Positions 45,501 to 60,500 of a DNA stretch of 64,000 bases are shown piece by piece. Within the stretch, counting starts at the first letter, position 1, and each line of letters begins with the position of its first letter. Both the position numbers and the translations under genes were made by a program. The stretch comes from Flaccisagitta enflata (taxonomy: Eukaryota): the NCBI GenBank assembly GCA_965153355.1, contig OZ231126.1, positions 10,478,001 to 10,542,000 on the forward strand. The letters are read 5' to 3'. Under the pieces are notes generated by a model. That model ran no database searches and was not told where the DNA came from. It saw only the letters and a list, made by a program, of their open reading frames with translations.

Positions 45501-48500
45501 ATCCAGTACCCAGTATCCAGTATCCAGTATCCAGTATCCAGTATCCAGTATCTGCGCCACCATCTTTGATGAATTAGTTTAAACCAGTAAAAGGTCATTT
45601 ATTTCATTCTCTATGATCTTACTGAAGCATAAAACAGGCCTAATTAACATGTCCTTGTCACCTAAAAGTCTTTTGTCACACCATTATATAAAATAAAAAA
45701 AGTCTTATCTAATAAGAGAGAATCAGGTATCCAGTATCCAGTATCCAGTATCCAGTATCTGCATCACCACATACACTCAAACAATGGACTCTAGTCTGAG
45801 CTTAGATACTGTAGACTAGCATTGAGGGTCAAGGGTCGCATGTTTAAAACAAAAAGACAACATTTTCTAGGCTTACAGAGAATCAAGTATCCAGTATCCA
45901 GTATCCAGTATCCAGTATCCAGTATCTGCGCCACCATCTTTGATGAATTAGTTTAAACCAGTAAAAGGTCATTCATTTCATTCTCTTTGATCTTACTGAA
46001 GCATAAAACAGGCCTAATCAACATGTCCGTGTCACCTAAAAGTCTTTTGTCACACCATTATATGAAATAAAAAAAGTCTTATCTGATAAGAGATAATCAA
46101 GTATCTAGTATCCAGTATCCAGTATCCAGTATCTTCTTCACCACATACATTCAAACAATGGACTCTAGTCTGAGCTTAGATACTGTAGACTAGCATTAAG
46201 GGTCAAGGGTCGCATGTTTAAAACAAAAAGACAACATTTTCTAGGCTTACAGAGAATCAAGTATCCAGTATCCAGTATCCAGTATCCAGTATCCAGTATC
46301 CAGTATCTGCGCCACCATCTTTGATGAATTAGTTTAAACCAGTAAAAGGTCATTCATTTCATTCTCTTTAATCTTACTGAAGCATAAAACAGGCCTAATT
46401 AACATGTCCGTGTCACCTAAAAGTCTTTTGTCACACCATTATATGAAATAAAAAAAGTCTTATCTAATAAGAGAGAATCAGGTATCCAGTATCCAGTATC
46501 CAGTATCCAGTATCTGCATCACCACATACACTCAAACAATGGACTCTAGTCTGAGCTTAGATACTGTAGACTAGCATTAAGGGTCAAGGGTCGCATGTTT
46601 AAAACAAAAAGACAACATTTTCTAGGCTTACAGAGAATCAAGTATCCAGTACCCAGTATCCAGTATCCAGTATGCAGTATCCAGTATCCAGAATCCAGTA
46701 TCCAGTATCCAGTATCTGTGCCACCATCTTTAATGAATTAGTTTAAGCCAGTAAAAGGTCATTCATTTCATTCTCTTTGATCTTACTGAAGCATAAAACA
46801 GGCCTAATTAACATGTCCGTGTCACCTAAAAGTTTTTTGTCACACCATTATATGAAATAATAAAAGTCTTATCTAATAAGAGAGAATCAGGTATCCGGTA
46901 TCCAGTATCCAGTATCCAGTATCTGCATCATAACATACACTCAAACAATGGACTCTAGTCTGAGCTTAGATACTGTAGACTAGCATTGAGGGTCAAGGGT
47001 AGCATGTTTAAAACAAAAAGACAACATTTTCTAAGCTTACAGAAAATCAAGTATCCAGTATCCAGTTCCCAGTATCCAGTATCCAGTATCCAGTATCTGC
47101 GCCACCATCGTTAATGAATTAGTTTAAACCAGTAAAAAGTCATTCATTTCATTCTCTTTGATCTTACAGAAGCATAAAACAGGCCTAATTAACATATCTG
47201 TGTCACCTAAAAGTCTTTTGTCACACCATTATATGAAATAAAAAAAGTCTTATCTAATAAGAGAGAATCAGGTATCCAGTATCCAGTATCCAGTATCCAG
47301 TATCTGCATCACCACATACACTCAAACAATGGACTCTAGTCTGAGCTTAGATACTGTAGACTAGCATTTAGGGTCAAGGGTCGAATGTTTAAAACAAAAA
47401 GACAACATTTTCTAAGCTTACAGAGAATCAAGTATCCAGTATCCAGTATCAAGTATCAAGTATCCAGTATCCAGTATCCAGTATCTGCGCCACCATCTTT
47501 GATGAATTAGTTTAAACCAGTAAAAGGTCATTCATTTCATTCTCTATGATCTTACTGAAGCATAAAACAGGCCTAATTAACATGTCCGTGTCACCTAAAA
47601 GTCTTTTGTCACACCATTATATGAAATAAAAAAAGTCTTATCTAATAAGAGAGAATCAGGTATCCAGTATCCAGTATCCAGTATCCAGTATCTGCATCAC
47701 CACGTACACTCAAACATTGGACTCTAGTCTGAGCTTAGATACTGTAGACTAGCATTGAGGGTCAAGGGTCGCATGTTTAAAACAAAAAGACAACATTTTC
47801 TAGGCTTACAGAGAATCAAGTATCCAGTATCCAGTATCTGCGCCACCAACTTTGATGAATTAGTTTAAACCAGTTAAAGGTCATTCATTTCATTCTCTTT
47901 GATCTTACTGAAGCATAAAACAGGCCTAATCAACATGTCCGTGTCACCTAAAAGTCTTTTGTCACACCATTATATGAAATAAAAAAAGTCTTATCTGATA
48001 AGAGAGAATCAAGTATCTAGTATCCAGTATCCAGTATCCAGTATCTGCATCACCACATACACTCAAACAATGGACTCTAGTCTGAGCTTAGATACTGTAG
48101 ACTAGCATTAAGGGTCAAGGGTCGCATGTTTAAAACAAAAAGACAACATTTTCTAGGCTTACAGAGAATCAAGTATCCAGTATCAGTATCCAGTATCCAG
48201 TATCAGTATCCAGTATCTGCCACCATCTTTGATGAATTAGTTTAAACCAGTAAAGGTCATTCATTTCATTCTCTTTAATCTTACTGAATCATAAAACAGG
48301 CCTAATTAACATGTCCATGTCACCTAAAAGTCTTTTGTCACACCATTATATGAAATAAAAAAAGTCTTATCTAATAAGAGAGAATCAGGTATCCAGTATC
48401 CAGTATCCAGTATCCAGTATCTGCATCACCACATACACTCAAACAATGGACTCTAGTCTGAGCTTAGATACTGTAGACTAGCATTAAGGGTCAAGGGTCG

Positions 48501-51500
48501 CATGTTTAAAACAAAAAGACAACATTTTCTAGGCTTACAGAGAATCAAGTATCCAGTATCCAGTATCCAGTATCCAGTATGCAGTATCCAGTATCCAGAA
48601 TCCAGTATCCAGTATCCAGTATCTGTTCCATCTTTAATGAATTAGTTTAAGCCAGTAAAGGTCATTCATTTCATTCTCTTTGATCTTACTGAAGCATAAA
48701 CAGGCCTAATTAACATGTCCGTGTCACCTAAAAGTTTTTTGTCACACCATTATATGAAATAATAAAAGTCTTATCTAATAAGAGATCAGGTATCCGGTAT
48801 CCAGTATCCAGTATCCAGTATCTGCATCACCACATACACTCAAACAATGGACTCTAGTCTGAGCTTAGATACTGTAGACTAGCATTAAGGGTCAAGGGTC
48901 GCATGTTTAAAACAAAAAGACAACATTTTCTAGCTTACAGAGAATCAAGTATCCAGTATCCAGTATCCCAGTATCCAGTATCTATCTATACCATCTTTAA
49001 TGAATTAGTTTAAAACAGTAAAAAGTCATTCATTTCATTCTCTTTGATCTTGAAGCATAAAACAGGCCTAATTAACATATTCGTGTCACCTAAAAGTCTT
49101 TTGTCACACCATTATATGAAATAAAAAAGTCTTATCTAATAAGAGAAATCAGTATCCAGCGATCTGTATCCAGTATCCAGTATCTGCATCACCACATACA
49201 CTCAAACAATGGACTCTAGTCTGAGCTTAGATACTGTAGACTAGCATTAAGGGTCAAGGGTCGCATGTTTAAAACAAAAAGACAACATTTTCTAGGCTTA
49301 CAGAGAATCAAGTATCCAGTATCCAGTATCCAGTATCCAGTATCCAGTATCCAGTATCCAGTATCTGCGCCACCATCTTTGATGAATTAGTTTAAACCAG
49401 TAAAAGGTCATTCATTTCATTCTCTATGATCTTACTGAAGCATAAAACAGGCCTAATTAACATGTCCGTGTCACCTAAAAGTCTTTTGTCACACCATTAT
49501 ATGAAATAAAAAAAGTCTTATCTAATAAGAGAGAATCAGGTATCCAGTATCCAGTATCCAGTATCCAGTATCTGCATCACCACATACACTCAAACAATGG
49601 ACTCTAGTCTGAGCTTAGATACTGTAGACTAGCATTAAGGGTCAAGGGTCGCATGTTTAAAACAAAAAGACAACATTTTTTAGGCTTACAGAGAATCAAG
49701 TATCCAGTATCCAGTATCCAGTATCTGCGCCACCATCTTTGATGAATTAGTTTAAACCAGTAAAAGGTCATTCATTTCATTCTCTTTGATCTTACTGAAG
49801 CATAAAACAGGCCTAATCAACATGTCCGTGTCACCTAAAAGTCTTTTGTCACACCATTATATGAAATAAAAAAAGTCTTATCTGATAAGAGAGAATCAAG
49901 TATCCAGTATCCAGTATCCAGTATCCAGTATCTGCATCACCACATACACTCAAACAATGGACTCTAGTCTGAGCTTAGATACTGTAGACTAGCATTAAGG
50001 GTCAAGGGTCGCATGTTTAAAACAAAAAGACAACATTTTCTAGGCTTACAGAGAATCAAGTATCCAGTATCCAGTATCCAGTATCCAGTATCCAGTATCT
50101 GCACCATCTTGATGAATTAGTTTAAACCAGCAAAAGGTCATTCATTTCATTCTCTTTGATCTTACTGAAGCATAAAACAGGCCTAATTAACATGTCCGTG
50201 TCACCTAAAAGTTTTTTGTCACACCATTATATGAAATAAAAAAAGTCTTATCTAATAAGAGAGAATCAGGTATCCAGTATCCAGTATCCAGTATCTGCAT
50301 CACCACATACACTCAAACAATGGACTCTAGTCTGAGCTTAGATACTGTAGACTAGCATTAAGGGTCAAGGGTCGCATGTTTAAAACAAAAAGACAACATT
50401 TTCTAGGCTTACAGAGAATCAAGTATCCAGTATCCAGTATCCAGTATCCAGTATCTGCGCCACCATCTTTAATGAATTAGTTTAAGCCAGTAAAAGGTCA
50501 TTCATTTCATTCTCTTTGATCTTACTGAAGCATAAAACAGGCCTAATTAACATGTCCGTGTCACCTAAAAGTCTTTTGTCACACCATTATATGAAATAAA
50601 AAAAGTCTTATCTAATAAGAGAGAATCAGGTATCCAGTATCCAGTATCCAGTATCTGCATCACCACATACACTCAAACAATGGACTCTAGTCTGAGCTTA
50701 GATACTGTAGACTAGCATTGAGGGTCAAGGGTCGCATGTTTAAAAATAAAAGACAACATTTTCTAGGCTTACAGAGAATCAAGTATCCAGTATCCAGTAC
50801 CCAGTATCCAGTATCCAGTATCCAGTATCCAGTATCCAGTATCTGCGCCACCATCTTTGATGAATTAGTTTAAACCAGTAAAAGGTCATTTATTTCATTC
50901 TCTATGATCTTACTGAAGCATAAAACAGGCCTAATTAACATGTCCTTGTCACCTAAAAGTCTTTTGTCACACCATTATATAAAATAAAAAAAGTCTTATC
51001 TAATAAGAGAGAATCAGGTATCCAGTATCCAGTATCCAGTATCCAGTATCTGCATCACCACATACACTCAAACAATGGACTCTAGTCTGAGCTTAGATAC
51101 TGTAGACTAGCATGGAGGGTCAAGGGTCGCATGTTTAAAACAAAAAGACAACATTTTCTAAGCTTACAGAGAATCAAGTATCCAGTATCCAGTATCAAGT
51201 ATCAAGTATCCAGTATCCAGTATCCAGTATCTGCGCCACCATCTTTGATGAATTAGTTTAAACCAGTAAAAGATCATTCATTTCATTCTCTATGATCTTA
51301 CTGAAGCATAAAACAGGCCTAATTAACATGTCCTTGTCACCTAAAAGTCTTTTGTCACACCATTATATGAAATAAAAAAAGTCTTATCTAATAAGAGAGA
51401 ATCAGGTATCCAGTATCCAGTATCCAGTATCCAGTATCTGCATCACCACGTACACTCAAACATTGGACTCTAGTCTGAGCTTAGATACTGTAGACTAGCA

Positions 51501-54500
51501 TTGAGGGTCAAGGGTCGCATGTTTAAAACAAAAAGACAACATTTTCTAGGCTTACAGAGAATCAAGTATCCAGTATCTAGTATTCAGTATCTGCGCCACC
51601 ATCTTTGTTGAATTAGTTTAAACCAGTAAAAGGTCATTCATTTCATTCTCTTTGATCTTGCTGAAGCATAAAACAGGCCTAATCAACATGTCCATGTCAC
51701 CTAAAAGTCTTTTGTCACACCATTATATGAAATAAAAAAAGTCTTATCTGATAAGAGAGAATCAAGTATCTAGTATCCAGTATCCAGTATCCAGTATCTG
51801 CATCACCACATACACTCAAACAATGGACTCTAGTCTGAGCTTAGATACTGTAGACTAGCATTAAGGGTCAAGGGTCGCATGTTTAAAACAAAAAGACAAC
51901 ATTTTCTAGGCTTACAGAGAATCAAGTATCCAGTATCCAGTATCCAGTATCCAGTATCCAGTATCTGCGCCACCATCTTTGATGAATTAGTTTAAACCAG
52001 TAAAAGGTCATTCATTTCATTCTCTATGATCTTACTGAAGCATAAAACAGGCCTAATTAACATGTCCGTGTCACCTAAAAGTCTTTTGTCACACCATTAT
52101 ATGAAATAAAAAAAGTCTTATCTAATAAGAGAGAATCAGGTATCCAGTATCCAGTATCCAGTATCTGCATCACCACATACACTCAAACAATGGACTCTAG
52201 TCTGAGCTTAGATACTGTAGACTAGCATTAAGGGTCAAGGGTCGCATGTTTAAAACAAAAAGACAACATTTTCTAGGCTTACAGAGAATCAAGTATCCAG
52301 TATCCAGTATCCAGTATCCAGTATCTGCGCCACCATCTTTAATGAATTAGTTTAAGCCAGTAAAAGGTCATTCATTTCATTCTCTTTGATCTTACTGAAG
52401 CATAAAACAGGCCTAATTAACATGTCTTTGTCACCTAAAAGTCTTTTGTCACACCATTATATGAAATAAAAAAAGTCTTATCTAATAAGAGAGAATCAGG
52501 TATCCAGTATCCAGTATCCAGTATCCAGTATCTGCATCACCACATACACTCAAACAATGGACTCTAGTCTGAGCTTAGATACTGTAGACTAGCATTAAGG
52601 GTCAAGGGTCGCATGTTTAAAAATAAAAGACAACATTTTCTAGGCTTACAGAGAATCAAGTATCCAGTATCCAGTACCCAGTATCCAGTATCCAGTATCC
52701 AGTATCCAGTATCCAGTATCTGCGCCACCATCTTTGATGAATTAGTTTAAACCAGTAAAAGGTCATTCATTTCATTCTCTATGATCTTACTGAAGCATAA
52801 AACAGGCCTAATTAACATGTCCGTGTCACCTAAAAGTCTTTTGTCACACCATTATATGAAATAAAAAAAGTCTTATCTAATAAGAGAGAATCAGGTATCC
52901 AGTATCCAGTATCCAGTATCCAGTATCTGCATCACCACATACACTCAAACAATGGACTCTAGTCTGAGCTTAGATACTGTAGACTAGCATGGAGGGTCAA
53001 GGGTCGCATGTTTAAAACAAAAAGACAACATTTTCTAGGCTTACAGAGAATCAAGTATCCAGTATCCAGTATCCAGTATCCAGTATCCAGTATCCAGTAT
53101 CTGCGCCACCATCTTTGATGAATTAGTTTAAACCAGTAAAAGGTCATTCATTTCATTCTCTTTGATCTTACTGAAGCATAAAACAGGCCTAATCAACATG
53201 TCCGTGTCACCTAAAAGTCTTTTGTCACACCATTATATGAAATAAAAAAAGTCTTATCTAATAAGAGAGAATCAGGTATCCAGTATCCAGTATCCAGTAT
53301 CCAGTATCTGCATCACCACATACACTCAAACAATGGACTCTAGTCTGAGCTTAGATACTGTAGACTAGCATTAAGGGTCAAGGGTCGCATGTTTAAAACA
53401 AAAAGACAACATTTTCTAGGCTTACAGAGAATCAAGTATCCAGTATCCAGTATCCAGTATCCAGTATCCAGTATCCAGTATCTGCGCCACCATCTTTGAT
53501 GAATTAGTTTAAACCAGTAAAAGGTCATTCATTTCATTCTCTTTGATCTTACTGAAGCATAAAACAGGCCTAATTAACATGTCCGTGTCACCTAAAAGTC
53601 TTTTGTCACACCATTATATGAAATAAAAAAAGTCTTATCTAATAAGAGAGAATCAGGTATCCAGTATCCAGTATCCAGTATCCAGTATCTGCATCACCAC
53701 ATACACTCAAACAATGGACTCTAGTCTGAGCTTAGATACTGTAGACTAGCATTAAGGGTCAAGGGTCGCATGTTTAAAACAAAAAGACAACATTTTCTAG
53801 GCTTACAGAGAATCAAGTATCCAGTATCCAGTATCCAGTATCCAGTATCCAGTATCTGCGCCACCATCTTTGATGAATTAGTTTAAACCAGTAAAAGGTC
53901 ATTCATTTCATTCTCTTTGATCTTACTGAAGCATAAAACAGGCCTAATCAACATGTCCGTGTCACCTAAAAGTCTTTTGTCACACCATTATATGAAATAA
54001 AAAAAGTCTTATCTGATAAGAGAGAATCAAGTATCTAGTATCCAGTATCCAGTATCCAGTATCTGCATCACCACATACACTCAAACAATGGACTCTAGTC
54101 TGAGCTTAGATACTGTAGACTAGCATTAAGGGTCAAGGGTCGCATGTTTAAAACAAAAAGACAACATTTTCTAGGCTTACAGAGAATCAAGTATCCAGTA
54201 TCCAGTATCCAGTATCCAGTATCCAGTATCCAGTATCTGCGCCACCATCTTTGATGAATTAGTTTAAACCAGTAAAAGGTCATTCATTTCATTCTCTTTA
54301 ATCTTACTGAAGCATAAAACAGGCCTAATTAACATGTCCGTGTCACCTAAAAGTCTTTTGTCACACCATTATATGAAATATAAAAAGTCTTATCTAATAA
54401 GAGAGAATCAGGTATCCAGTATCCAGTATCCAGTATCCAGTATCTGCATCACCACATACACTCAAACAATGGACTCTAGTCTGAGCTTAGATACTGTAGA

Positions 54501-57500
54501 CTAGCATTAAGGTTCAAGGGTCGCATGTTTAAAACAAAAAGACAACATTTTCTAGGCTTACAGAGAATCAAGTATCCAGTATCCAGTATCCAGTATCCAG
54601 TATCCAGTATCCAGTATCCAGTATCCAGTATCCAGTATCCAGTATCTGCGCCACCATCTTTAATGAATTAGTTTAAGCCAGTAAAAGGTCATTCATTTCA
54701 TTCTCTTTGATCTTACTGAAGCATAAAACAGGCCTAATTAACATGTCCGTGTCACCTAAAAGTTTTTTGTCACACCATTATATGAAATAAAAAAAGTCTT
54801 ATCTAATAAGAGAGAATCAGGTATCCAGTATCCAGTATCCAGTATCCAGTATCTGCATCACCACATACACTCAAACAATGGACTCTAGTCTGAGCTTAGA
54901 TACTGTAGACTAGCATTGAGGGTCAAGGGTAGCATGTTTAAAACAAAAAGACAACATTTTCTAAGCTTACAGAAAATCAAGTATCCAGTATCCAGTTTCC
55001 AGTATCCAGTATCCAGTATCCAGTATCTGCGCCACCATCGTTAATGAATTAGTTTAAACCAGTAAAAAGTCATTCATTTCATTCTCTTTGATCTTACAGA
55101 AGCATAAAACAGGCCTAATTAACATGTCCGTGTCACCTAAAAGTCTTTTGTCACACCATTATATGAAATAAAAAAAGTCTTATCTAATAAGAGAGAATCA
55201 GGTATCCAGTATCCAGTATCCAGTATCCAGTATCTGCATCACCACATACACTCAAACAATGGACTCTAGTCTGAGCTTAGATACTGTAGACTAGCATTTA
55301 GGGTCAAGGGTCGCATGTTTAAAACAAAAAGACAACATTTTCTAAGCTTACAGAGAATCAAGTATCCAGTATCCAGTATCCAGTATCCAGTATCCAGCAT
55401 AAAACAGGCCTATGTCCTTGTCACCTAAAAGTCTTTTGTTACACCATTATATGAAATAAAAAAAGTCTTATCTAATAAGAAAGAATCAGGTATCCAGTAT
55501 CCAGTATCCAGTATCCAGTATCTGCATCACCACATACACTCAAACAATGGACTTTAGTCTGAGCTCAGATACTGTAGACTAGCATTGAGGGTCAAGGGTC
55601 GCATGTTTAAATCAAAAAGACAACATTTTCTAGGCTTACAGAGAATCAAGTATCCAGTATCCAGTATCCAGTATCCAGTATCCAGTATCTGCGCCACCAT
55701 CTTTGATGAATTAGTTTAAACCAGTAAAAGGTCAATCATTTCATTCTCTTTGATCTTACTGAAGCATAAAACAGGCCTAATCAACATGTCCGTGTCACCT
55801 AAAAGTCTTTTGTCACACCATTATATGAAATAAAAAAAGTCTTATCTGATAAGAGAGAATCAAGTATCTAGTATCCAGTATCCAGTATCCAGTATCTGCA
55901 TCACCACATACACTTAAACAATGGACTCTAGTCTGAGCTTAGATACTGTAGACTAGCATTAAGGGTCAAGGGTCGCATGTTTAAAACAAAAAGACAACAT
56001 TTTCTAGGCTTACAGAGAATCAAGTATCCAGTATCCAGTATCCAGTATCTGCGCCACCATCTTTGATGAATTAGTTTAAACCAGTAAAAGGTCATTCATT
56101 TCATTCTCTTTGATCTTACTGAAGCATAAAACAGGCCTAATCAACATGTCCGTGTCACCTAAAAGTCTTTTGTCACACCATTATATGAAATAAAAAAAGT
56201 CTTATCTGATAAGAGAGAATCAAGTATCTAGTATCCAGCATCCAGTATCCAGTATCTGCATCACCACATACACTCAAACAATGGACTCTAGTCTGAGCTT
56301 AGATACTGTAGACTAGCATTAAGGGTCAAGGGTCGCATGTTTAAAACAAAAAGACAACATTTTCTAGGCTTACAGAGAATCAAGTATCCAGTATCCAGTA
56401 TCCAGTATCCAGTATCCAGTATCCAGTATCTGCGCCACCATCTTTGATGAATTAGTTTAAACCAGTAAAAGGTCATTCATTTCATTCTCTTTGATCTTAC
56501 TGAAGCAATAAATAGGCCTAATTAACATGTCCTTGTCACCTAAAAGTCTTTTGTCACACCATTATATGAAATAAAAAAAGTCTTATGTAATAAGAGAGAA
56601 TCAGGTATCCAGATCCAGTATCCAGCATCTGCCTCACCACATATACTCAAACAATGGACTCTAGTCTGAGCTTAGATACTGTAGATTAGCATTAAGGGTC
56701 AAGGGTCGCATGTTTAAAACAAAAAGACAACATTTTCTAGGCTTACAGAGAGACAAGTATCCAGTATCCAGTATCCAGTATCCAGTATCCAGTATCCAGT
56801 ATCCAGTATCCAGTATCCAGTATCTGCGCCACCATCTTTAATGAATAAGTTTAAGCCAGTAAAAGGTCATTCATTTCATTCTCTTTGATCTTACTGAAGC
56901 ATAAGACAGGCCTAATTAACATGTCCGTGTCACCTAAAAGTTTTTTGTCACACCATTATATGAAATAAAAAAAGTCTTATCTAATAAGAGAGAATCAGGT
57001 ATCCAGTATCCAGTATCCAGTATCTGCATCACCACATACACTCAAACAATGGACTCTAGTCTGAGCTTAGATACTGTAGACTAGCATTAAGGGTCAAGGG
57101 TCGCATGTTTAAAACAAAAAGACAACATTTTTTAAGCTTACAGAGAATCAAGTATCCAGTATCCAGTATCTAGTATCCAGTATCCAGTATCCAGTATGCA
57201 GTATCTGCGCCACCATCTTTAATGAGTTAGTTTAAACCAGTAAAAAGTCATTCATTTCATTCTCTTTGATCTTACTGAAGCATAAAACAGGCCTAATTAA
57301 CATTGCCTTGTCACCTAAAAGTCTTTTGTCACACCATTATATGAAATAAAAAAAGTCTTATCTAATAAGAGAGAATCAGGTATCCAGTATCCAGTATCCA
57401 GTATCCAGTATCTGCATCACCACATACACTCAAAAAATGGACTCTAGTCTGAGCTTAGATACTGTAGACTAGCATTGAGGGTCAAGGGTCGCATGTTTAA

Positions 57501-60500
57501 AACAAAAAGACAACATTTTCTAGGCTTACAGAGAATCAAGTATCCAGTATCCAGTATCCAGTATCCAGTATCTGCGCCACCATCTTTGATGAATTAGTTT
57601 AAACCAGTAAAAAGTCATTCATTTCATTCTCTTTGATCTTACTGAAGCATAAAACAGGCCTAATTAACATGTCCGTGTCACCTAAAAGTCTTTTGTCACA
57701 CCATTATATGAAATAAAAAAAGTCTTATCTAATAAGAGAGAATTAGGTATCCAGTATCCAGTATCCAGTATCCAGTATCTTCATCACCACATACATTCAA
57801 ACAATGGACTCTAGTCTGAGCTTAGATACTGTAGACTAGCATTTAGGGTCAAGGGTCGCATGTTTAAAACAAAAAGACAACATTTTCTAGGCTTACAGAG
57901 AATCAAGTATCCAGTATCCAGTATCCAGTATCCAGTATCCAGTATCCAGTATCTGCGCCACCATCTTTGATGAATTAGTTTAAACCAGTAAAAGGTCATT
58001 CATTTCATTCTCTATGATCTTACTGAAGCATAAAACAGGCCTAATTAACATGTCCGTGTCACCTAAAAGTCTTTTGTCACACCATTATATGAAATAAAAA
58101 AAGTCTTATTTGATAAGAGATAATCAAGTATCTAGTATCCAGTATCCAGAATCCAGTATCTGCATCACCACATACACTCAAACAATGGACTCTAGTCTGA
58201 GCTTAGATACTGTAGACTAGCATTAAGGGTCAAGGGTCGCATGTTTTTTCTAGGCTTACAGAGAATCAAGTATCCAGTATCCAGTATCCAGTATCTGCTC
58301 CAGCATCTTTGATGAATTAGTTTAAACCAGTAAAAGGTCATTCATTTCATTCTCTTTGATCTTACAGAAGCAATAAACAGGCCTAATTAACATGTCCGTG
58401 TCACCTAAAAGTCTTTTGTCACACCATTATATGAAATAAAAAAAGTCTTATGTAATAAGAGAAAATCAGGTATCCAGTATTCAGTATCCAGTATCTGCAT
58501 CACCACATACACTCAAACAATGGACTGTAGTCTGAGCTTAGATACTGTCGACTAGCATTAAGGGTCAGGGGTCGCATGTTTAAAACAAAAAGACAACATT
58601 TTCTAGGCTTACAGAGAATCAAGTATCCAGTATCCAGTATCCAGTATCTGCTCCAGCATCTTTGATGAATTAGTTTAAACCAGTAAAAGGTCATTCATTT
58701 CATTCTCTTTGATCTTACAGAAGCAATAAACAGGCCTAATTAACATGTCCGTGTCACCTAAAAGTCTTTTGTCACACCATTATATGAAATAAAAAAAGTC
58801 TTATCTAATAAGAGAGAATCAGGTATCCAGTATCCAGTATCCAGTATCTGCATCACCACATACACTCAAACAATGGACTCTAGTCTGAGCTTAGATACTG
58901 TAGACTAGCATTGAGGGTCAAGGGTCGCATGTTTAAAAATAAAAGACAACATTTTCTAGGCTTACAGAGAATCAAGTATCCAGTATCCAGTATCCAGTAT
59001 CCAGTATCCAGTATCCAGTATCCAGTATCCAGTATCTGCGCCACCATCTTTGATGAATTAGTTTAAACCAGTAAAAGGTCATTCATTTCATTCTCTATGA
59101 TCTTACTGAAGCATAAAACAGGCCTAATTAACATGTCCTTGTCACCTAAAAGTCTTTTGTCACAACATTATATGAAATAAAAAAAGTCTTATCTAATAAG
59201 AGAGAATCAGGTATCCAGTATCCAGTATCCAGTATCTGCATCACCACATACACTCAAACAATGGACTCTAGTCTGAGCTTAGATACTGTAGACTAGCATT
59301 GAGGGTCAAGGGTCGCATGTTTAAAACAAAAAGACAACATTTTCTAGGCTTACAGAGAATCAAGTATCCAGTATCCAGTATCCAGTATCCAGTATCCAGT
59401 ATCCAGTATCTGCGCCACCATCTTTGATGAATTAGTTTAAACCAGTAAAAGGTCATTCATTTCATTCTCTATGATCTTACTGAAGCATAAAACAGGCCTA
59501 ATTAACATGTCCGTGTCACCTAAAAGTCTTTTGTCACACCATTATATGAAATAAAAAAAGTCTTATCTGATAAGAGATAATCAAGTATCTAGTATCCAGT
59601 ATCCAGTATCCAGTATCTGCTTCACCACATACATTCAAACAATGGACTCTAGTCTGAGCTTAGATACTGTAGACTAGCATTGAGGGTCAAGGGTCGCATG
59701 TTTAAAACAAAAAGACAACATTTTCTAGGCTTACAGAGAATCAAGTATCCAGTATCCAGTATCCAGTATCCAGTATCCAGTATCCAGTATCTGCGCCACC
59801 ATCTTTGATGAATTAGTTTAAACCAGTAAAAGGTCATTCATTTCATTCTCTTTAATCTTACTGAAGCATAAAACAGGCCTAATTAACATGTCCGTGTCAC
59901 CTAAAAGTCTTTTGTCACACCATTATATGAAATAAAAAAAGTCTTATGTAATAAGAGAAAATCAGGTATCCAGTATCCAGTATCCAGTATCCAGTATCCA
60001 GTATCTGCATCACCACATACACTCAAACAATGGACTCTAGTCTGAGCTTAGATACTGTAGACTAGCATTAAGGGTCAAGGGTCGCATGTTTAAAACAAAA
60101 AGACAACATTTTCTAGGCTTACAGAGAATCAAGTATCCAGTATCCAGTATCCAGTATCCAGTATCCAGTATCCAGTATCCAGTATCCAGTATCCAGTATC
60201 TGCGCCACCATCTTTAATGAATTAGTTTAAGCCAGTAAAAGGTCATTCATTTCATTCTCTTTGATCTTACTGAAGCATAAAACAGGCCTAATTAACATGT
60301 CCGTGTCACCTAAAAGTTTTTTGTCACACCATTATATGAAATAAAAAAAGTCTTATCTAATAAGAGAGAATCAGGTATCCAGTATCCAGTATCCAGTATC
60401 CAGTATCTGCATCACCACATAAACTCAAACAATGGACTCTAGTCTGAGCTTAGATACTGTAGACTAGCATTAAGGGTCAAGGGTAGCATGTTTAAAACAA

